64,000 bases of DNA, from IMG/VR virus record IMGVR_UViG_3300037883_000122, positions 34,775 to 98,774 of that record; one strand, written 5' to 3'. Every line of letters begins with the position of its first letter. Position 1 is the stretch's first letter. Below are positions 58,901 through 64,000 of the stretch, piece by piece. This stretch comes from a virus. The notes below the pieces were generated by a model. It saw only the letters and a list, made by a program, of their open reading frames with translations, made no database searches and was not told the DNA's origin. A program made the position numbers and the translations under genes.

Positions 58901-58984
58901 GTAATTCTGGGCTGGGGAATTTTCCCCAGCCTTCTTTCGTCTATGAGCATCACCCTTTACATTACCCAATACTAGGAGAGTACC

Positions 58985-59473
58985 ATGTTTGACAATTTCG
59001 AATTCAGCATCGGCGGTCAACGCGAAACCGTTTCGGCACGTGTGGAACGTGAACGCCGTGAACGCGCGCAATCGCGCTCGGAAGACTTGCTGCGCACGCT
59101 CTTTGGTGGCATGCCCAAGCAAGTGCCGGTGACGATCCGCACCACGGTCGAAGAGGACGGCGTGTTCGGTAAGGAAACACAAGAGCGTACCCGCACGGCA
59201 ACCATCGCCCTGACGCCGGGCTTGAAGCTTGCCAAGTCGGAAATCGAACCGACGGTGTTTGGTACGAAGGTGACGACGGTGGTGATTGAGAACCTGGATC
59301 ACCTCGATCTGGCTGTCACCACCAAGACCGTCGAGCGGGACACGGTGTTCGGCAAGCATGTGATCACGGAAGTGTTCATCGCGACCGAAGCCGAGCAACA
59401 AGCTACCATCAAGCCGACGATTCGCGAGCGCGTCACTGTCAAGGTGAGCAGCGCACGTCGTCCGCGCTGGTAA
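58985..59473 (+). CDS. Hypothetical protein with three ExxVFG repeats
   Basis: AGGAG SD, internal repeats. Confidence 0.75.
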   Translation: MFDNFEFSIGGQRETVSARVERERRERAQSRSEDLLRTLFGGMPKQVPVTIRTTVEEDGVFGKETQERTRTATIALTPGLKLAKSEIEPTVFGTKVTTVVIENLDHLDLAVTTKTVERDTVFGKHVITEVFIATEAEQQATIKPTIRERVTVKVSSARRPRW

Positions 59474-59487
59474 TTCGACGACCTAGC

Positions 59488-59517
59488 GGCTAGGGGGCAA
59501 CCCTTAGCCAGTATGCC
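59488..59517 (+). terminator. Hairpin followed by TATGCC
   Basis: ggctaggg/cccttagcc stem with a GCAA loop. Confidence 0.6.
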
Positions 59518-59560
59518 GTCTTTTCCATTCTTTCCAATTCTGATTCCGGAGCCTAACATC

Positions 59561-59731
59561 ATGAACGACTTTGCTACCAAGAACTACCACTCGGGTAAAT
59601 CCTCGCTGATGACTAAACTGAAAGCACTCGGCTTCGTCCTGCTTTGTTTTGGTGTGCTCGCTGGCCTCACTGCTACGGCAGCAGAAGTCGGCCATGCCAT
59701 GCAAGTGGAGCGCATCGCCGCTGGTGATTGA
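59561..59731 (+). CDS. Small single-TM protein
   Basis: GGAG SD, hydrophobic LGFVLLCFGVLAGLTATAA. Confidence 0.65.
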   Translation: MNDFATKNYHSGKSSLMTKLKALGFVLLCFGVLAGLTATAAEVGHAMQVERIAAGD

Positions 59732-59756
59732 CACGCAGTAGAATGAGCTGTAGAAT
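59728..59756 (+). promoter_or_regulatory. sigma70-like promoter TTGACA-N17-TAGAAT
   Basis: Exact -35, 17-bp spacer, 5/6 match at -10, about 65 nt upstream of a gene with a TAAGGAG SD. Confidence 0.55.
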
Positions 59757-59820
59757 CCGTTTCATGCAGTAGCCGCCGTCTGTCGGATACAGACTACAAC
59801 TTTGCAATAAGGAGCCAATA

Positions 59821-60342
59821 ATGGCCACGCAACAAAACACCGCCCCCGTCGAGAACGCTGCTGAGAAGAAGACGCTCAGCCCTTTCGAACTCGACCGTGA
59901 GATCGGCAAGAAGTTCAAGTTCTTCATCGGTACGGCGATGAACCTGGATAAGACGATCTGGCCGGGTGCGGTGCGCGATGCACTCCAGGCAGTTGTGGAC
60001 CTGGTGTCGCTCTCGAAGAAAGCAGGCATCAAGCCCGCTGAACTGCGTCGCATGAAGATCTACATGATCGCGACGGATCGCCTACGTAGTCTGTTCGAGG
60101 AGACGATCATGCTGCGCCTGGGTGAGGAGTTTGACTTCGCCTTTGCGCTGGAGCGTGGGTTCGAGGACCTGTTGCAGCGTGAGTGCAACATCATCCACGA
60201 GCGCGGTGAAGCACGCTGCAAGATCCGCTTCGTGAAAGCGAAGATCGAGACGGGCGACTACGCAGTGTACGAACGCGTATGCATTCGCTTCGATGGTCAG
60301 TACGACATCCAGTTCATCGATCGTTCGCGCTACGGTCTCTGA
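59821..60342 (+). CDS. Hypothetical protein
   Basis: TAAGGAG SD. Confidence 0.8.
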   Translation: MATQQNTAPVENAAEKKTLSPFELDREIGKKFKFFIGTAMNLDKTIWPGAVRDALQAVVDLVSLSKKAGIKPAELRRMKIYMIATDRLRSLFEETIMLRLGEEFDFAFALERGFEDLLQRECNIIHERGEARCKIRFVKAKIETGDYAVYERVCIRFDGQYDIQFIDRSRYGL

Positions 60343-60351
60343 GGAGGGATC

Positions 60352-60552
60352 ATGGCTCGTAACAAAAAGATGCTCATGAAGGAGATCACGAGCGGACTGG
60401 AACAAGCGCAGCATATCCTCGGCACGTTGGACGCAAATCCGACGTATCAGGAAATCATGACTGCCGCCAGTTCCGCAAGTCAAGCAGCTAATCAGTTGTA
60501 TCGACTGGCTGGCATGCTTGACGTCGAAGCCGATCTGCCTCAGCAAAACTAA
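60352..60552 (+). CDS. Small helical hypothetical protein
   Basis: GGAGG SD. Confidence 0.7.
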   Translation: MARNKKMLMKEITSGLEQAQHILGTLDANPTYQEIMTAASSASQAANQLYRLAGMLDVEADLPQQN

Positions 60553-60585
60553 AACTCCCTTGCCCCTCTCCCGAGGGGTGAGTTC

Positions 60586-60614
60586 AAGAGGGCCTTCGGG
60601 TCCTCTTTTTTTTT
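60586..60614 (+). terminator. Canonical intrinsic terminator (UUCG loop, T9)
   Basis: aagagggcc-TTCG-ggtcctctt followed by a T-run. Confidence 0.8.
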
Positions 60615-60632
60615 GTCTATTTGGAGCCCCTT

Positions 60633-60842
60633 GTGGCCAAAGAAAAGTTGATTCCCCTGGTCCACCTCCCGCACGGGGAAGTGGGTGCGTTCTTTAGCCC
60701 GAACTGCTTCTACAATCTGAGCGCCATCAACCCGGCGATGCCCAAGATGGACGCTCAGGGTCCGCAAGATCCGGTGGCTTGGCCAGGCATGCAGCTGTCG
60801 TATAAGGCGAATGTTATCGCTGGCGCTAATCGAATGTCCTGA
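60633..60842 (+). CDS. Small hypothetical protein
   Basis: GGAG SD before GTG 60633. Confidence 0.45.
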   Translation: MAKEKLIPLVHLPHGEVGAFFSPNCFYNLSAINPAMPKMDAQGPQDPVAWPGMQLSYKANVIAGANRMS

Positions 60843-60910
60843 TACCAAATTACATGAGAGGGGAGCGAGACCTCTCTTATTTCCGTTAACTTACCCGCGT
60901 GAGAACTAGC

Positions 60911-61195
60911 ATGCCGACCGCGCGCTTTACCGAAGAACAGCTTCAGGACATCCTGTCAAAGCTGAAAGTCACCCTGTTTGGAAAGATCCAGGAGTGTAAG
61001 CACCAGACCTCGAACGTGGGTCAGCGTATTGTGCTTGCAGGCATGGAGAAGGCCTTGAAGTATCCCGATACCGTCGTCGGTGGCGATACCGTGCATAAGC
61101 TCAACACGTACCAAGGGATGTTGAACGAAGTGAATGGTTATTTGACGGCACTCGAAGAGGCACAACTGACAGGAAGATCCAGAATGGCAGCTTAG
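60911..61195 (+). CDS. Hypothetical protein
   Basis: ATG 60911 after GAGAA. Confidence 0.65.
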   Translation: MPTARFTEEQLQDILSKLKVTLFGKIQECKHQTSNVGQRIVLAGMEKALKYPDTVVGGDTVHKLNTYQGMLNEVNGYLTALEEAQLTGRSRMAA

Positions 61196-61205
61196 GAGTA
61201 CTATC

Positions 61206-61466
61206 ATGCATTCGATCGCACTGACTCGTTACAATCTGTCGCGCTTTCAAAAGGCAGATCGTCAACGGTGTCAGGATACCTACGTGCTCGTTAAACGCGA
61301 GCAGGAGCGTCTCGAGACCCGTGGCAAGGGTTTGATGGTGAGTAACGATGTGCTGCGCTTAGCAGCCACGCACTTTCGGGCTGGGATCATCTTGCAGAAG
61401 TACAACCTGTTCGGCATTGCTGCAGACCAATTCGATCGCGCACTACAGCTACTTGCTTTGTTCTAA
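61206..61466 (+). CDS. Hypothetical protein
   Basis: AGGAG SD. Confidence 0.7.
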   Translation: MHSIALTRYNLSRFQKADRQRCQDTYVLVKREQERLETRGKGLMVSNDVLRLAATHFRAGIILQKYNLFGIAADQFDRALQLLALF

Positions 61467-61514
61467 CAAAGGGTGACTGCGAATCACCTTGCAATTCAGA
61501 CCACTGAGTCTTAC

Positions 61515-62129
61515 ATGAACCAGAAACCGCTTTCTTTCTTCTTCTCCAATTACGACTTCAAGAACTTCGAGGCAGTGAACGCCGACCAGGGCTTTGTCGA
61601 GAACCACATCAACACCCAGTACGAGGCCGACGAACGCCCCATCTTGCGACTGGTGCGGCGCTTTGTGCGCGAGCTCTCGGGTCATCCGACCGTGCATACG
61701 GACTTCTTCTTTGATGCCGGTGCGCACGAAGGCATGTGGCGCCGCAAGGAAGCCTATCGTGTCAACGTCGACGGCCTGGCGGTGTTGAAGATCAACATCG
61801 AGATGGGAGAAGATGCAGGGACCTACGACATGGCTCCGGCTACGTACGCGCGCCTCGCCTCCGTGTCGGAAAACTTCCACGGCAAGCACTTCGGTGATAC
61901 TAAGGAAGCAGGTCTGGACTACATGTACTGCTTTAGCCAGATCCGCAATCTGGTGAGCCAGCTGTCGAACAACTGCGTGTACAAGGTCGACGAAGACCAC
62001 TCGGGCTTTGCGCTGACGATCATGCCGTTGACCGAGGGTCTGGCCAAGTACCAGGCTGAGGCAGCAGCTGGTAAGGAACCGGAATCCACCGGCACCTTCA
62101 TCAAGATCCAGTTGCGCAATCCGCTGTAA
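61515..62129 (+). CDS. Hypothetical protein
   Basis: ATG 61515, strong codon bias. Confidence 0.7.
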   Translation: MNQKPLSFFFSNYDFKNFEAVNADQGFVENHINTQYEADERPILRLVRRFVRELSGHPTVHTDFFFDAGAHEGMWRRKEAYRVNVDGLAVLKINIEMGEDAGTYDMAPATYARLASVSENFHGKHFGDTKEAGLDYMYCFSQIRNLVSQLSNNCVYKVDEDHSGFALTIMPLTEGLAKYQAEAAAGKEPESTGTFIKIQLRNPL

Positions 62130-62138
62130 GCCCACAAG

Positions 62139-62174
62139 GGCATAAGAGGCGAGCCTCGGGCTCGCCTCTATGAC
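62139..62174. terminator. Bidirectional hairpin GGCATAA-stem-TATGAC
   Basis: 10-bp stem gaggcgagcc/ggctcgcctc at a convergent junction. Confidence 0.75.
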
Positions 62175-62175
62175 G

Positions 62176-62979
62176 TTAGCGGTATCCGCCAACCATCGAA
62201 CGAATGAAGCGCGTAAACGTTTCGTTGTCGTTCATGTAGGCTACCTTCTGCCAGGTGTTCATCAGAAACTCCTGGTACTGCGTCTCGGACTCTGCGTAGC
62301 TGTCGACGATTTCCTTGAACTTACCGATCTCCTGACCACCGGTGATCTTACCGATGTCCAGCTCAACGATCTGGTCGTTGTAGATGTACGACTTGACCGC
62401 CAGTTCAACCAGGGTGCAGAAAGCCTGATAGCTTCGCATCTGGATGTGCGACATGTTCTCGTCGTTAGCGAGGATACAACGCAGGTACACGTCCGGAGGC
62501 AACACGATGGTATCGCGCACCATGATCGTATTTTCACCGATCAATTGCACGCGGTGCGTCGAGGTCACTGGCAGCGCACCATAGGCGTCCATCACGGCTT
62601 GGCCTGCTTGGAGTAGCGTAGTGTTTTGAGCACCAGCAGCCACACCATAGCTCGATACCTTGGTCGGATCGGCAAAGGTGATGTTCAACACCGACAGGAT
62701 AGAGCGACCCTGGGTCTTGGTCTTGGGAATCCGGTAGACCGACGTGTAGTCGTTCATGCGCTCGTAGGGGATGTCGTCCAGGTAGATGAACGCTTCTGTA
62801 CCACCTACCAGGTTACAGTCCACGAGCACACGAGGACGCACGACTTGTTCGAGGATGCATTCGTCGATCGATTTAGGGGCTTGACGCCACCGGGCCGAAC
62901 GCTCTACGAATACCTCTTCGAGGATGCGCCGGGGGATGCGGAACTTGATCATGTCCACAGCGCGAGTGATGGCGTTCAC
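62176..62979 (-). CDS. Conserved hypothetical (probably virion) protein
   Basis: GTG start with AGGAGG SD, 267 aa. Confidence 0.65.
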   Translation of the reverse strand: MNAITRAVDMIKFRIPRRILEEVFVERSARWRQAPKSIDECILEQVVRPRVLVDCNLVGGTEAFIYLDDIPYERMNDYTSVYRIPKTKTQGRSILSVLNITFADPTKVSSYGVAAGAQNTTLLQAGQAVMDAYGALPVTSTHRVQLIGENTIMVRDTIVLPPDVYLRCILANDENMSHIQMRSYQAFCTLVELAVKSYIYNDQIVELDIGKITGGQEIGKFKEIVDSYAESETQYQEFLMNTWQKVAYMNDNETFTRFIRSMVGGYR

Positions 62980-63036
62980 TATGGTCCTCCTGTTAAAATA
63001 AGATTCTACATAGGATCGTCGATTCTATTTACTTTC

Positions 63037-63049
63037 AGACCTATATTAC
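63037..63049 (+). promoter_or_regulatory. Early promoter AGACCTATATTAC
   Basis: TATTAC core, same motif as 17545. Confidence 0.7.
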
Positions 63050-63109
63050 GTACTTGAACTGAAGCAGAAAGCTTCTACCTTTATCCCTAGAACACTCCAA
63101 GGAGTTATC

Positions 63110-63502
63110 ATGAAGAACGTCGCAAACATCAAGGCCTTCGCTGCTAACCTCTCGGCAGTGGTCTATGTGAACAAGCATCACAACCCGCTGGTCCGTCGTG
63201 ACGGTGCCGCGATTCTGTATCGTGTGCACTCGCTCGAAAACGGCGATTTCGCTGTCGAAGGCTTCCGTGCTTCGATGGCTGATGGCGAGTACAAGACGTA
63301 TGAAGGCGAACTCGCTCAAGGCAATCTGTGGGTTGGTGCCAAGAGCGTCGTGTTCGATTACGTGAAGTCGGATGACAGCGCGCTCACCCCGCTCGTGATG
63401 CCGTTCATGGATTCGAAGTACGAAGAGTTCTTTATCGCCGAAGCCAAGCCGGTCCTCACGTTCATCGTGAAGGCAGCTGAGCTCGAAGCAGTTGCAGCAT
63501 AA
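63110..63502 (+). CDS. Hypothetical early protein
   Basis: AAGGAG SD, followed by a hairpin and T-tract (63503-63529). Confidence 0.75.
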   Translation: MKNVANIKAFAANLSAVVYVNKHHNPLVRRDGAAILYRVHSLENGDFAVEGFRASMADGEYKTYEGELAQGNLWVGAKSVVFDYVKSDDSALTPLVMPFMDSKYEEFFIAEAKPVLTFIVKAAELEAVAA

Positions 63503-63587
63503 GTGCCCGGCTCACGCTGGGCATTTTTTACCCGAGCATAGCCTACTATGTAGGAGTGATGCTCCGTTCAAAAACAAGGAAAGAAAC

Positions 63588-64000
63588 ATGTCCGCAAACA
63601 TCGAGAAAGTGAAAGGCTCGTTGCAAGTGTACGCAGCGGGCGGCGGTGGTATCAACATCGCCAGCCGTCTCGAGCAGTTCCGCAGTCGTCGTGATCCCGG
63701 TTACGCGCTGGTGTCGGTGTCGTACATCGATTCGTCGAAGTCGAACCTGCACAAGGAACTGCCCGCCGATTCGATCTACCTGATCGAAGGCAAGGATGGC
63801 GCAGGCCAAGTTCGTCGCGAGATCGCGCCGGAAGTCAAGCCGCGTCTGCCGGAAATCCTGCATGCGCACAAGCCGGGCAACCTCAGCGTCGTGATTCACA
63901 CGGCCGGTGGTGGTTCGGGTTCGGCCATCGGCCCGTTGCTGGTGGAAGAACTGATCCTGCGCGACACGCCGGTGATCGCCATCGTGGTCGGCGATGCTTC
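63588..64000 (+). CDS. phuZ: PhuZ tubulin-like spindle protein (5' part)
   Basis: Not in the ORF track. MSANIEKVKGSLQVYAAGGGGINIA...YIDSSKSN...DGAG...HTAGGGSGS carries tubulin/FtsZ signatures. AAGGA SD. Confidence 0.92.
   Translation, partial: MSANIEKVKGSLQVYAAGGGGINIASRLEQFRSRRDPGYALVSVSYIDSSKSNLHKELPADSIYLIEGKDGAGQVRREIAPEVKPRLPEILHAHKPGNLSVVIHTAGGGSGSAIGPLLVEELILRDTPVIAIVVGDA

Noticed and set aside
4301-62174. Hairpin family as CRISPR repeats, REP elements or attC sites
   Set aside because: The copies are dispersed, their stems differ in sequence, there is no array periodicity, and no cas, TnpA or integrase gene was seen.
1-64000. tRNA/rRNA genes or alternative genetic code
   Set aside because: No cloverleaf with a T-loop was found by eye in the intergenic gaps, and genes tile densely under the standard code with all three stops in use. 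tRNAscan-SE would confirm.

Overview
This window is 64 kb of a GC-rich phiKZ-like (Chimalliviridae-type, probably nucleus-forming) jumbo myophage genome. It is not bacterial chromosome. Recognisable genes: an SbcC/Rad50 ATPase, a central baseplate spike, a two-component spanin pair, RNase HI, UvsX/RecA, four split subunits of the virion RNA polymerase (beta-N, beta-C, beta'-N carrying DFDGD, beta'-C), a 2239-aa tape-measure-like protein with a GH19 muramidase domain, the prohead protease, an RNA ligase, tail tube, tail sheath, baseplate proteins, terminase large subunit, and the 5' end of PhuZ tubulin. Islands of small early genes lie behind TATTAC-type promoters. The most notable unexplained signals are five. 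(1) A family of about 12 intergenic hairpins with variable stems but a conserved TATG(C/A)C tail in place of a U-tract, mirrored on both strands at convergent junctions. (2) An early operon encoding a dead DHFR-fold protein that overlaps, across a CTT-TTT-C slippery site, a DUF488-like gene, followed by an RNA ligase. (3) Two degenerate GIY-YIG domains, one fused in frame to RNase H. (4) NADAR-like and SLOG-like genes. (5) A near-consensus sigma70 promoter in a phage type thought to be independent of host RNAP. All family calls and phiKZ gp equivalents come from recognising motifs by eye and from recalled synteny. No searches were run.
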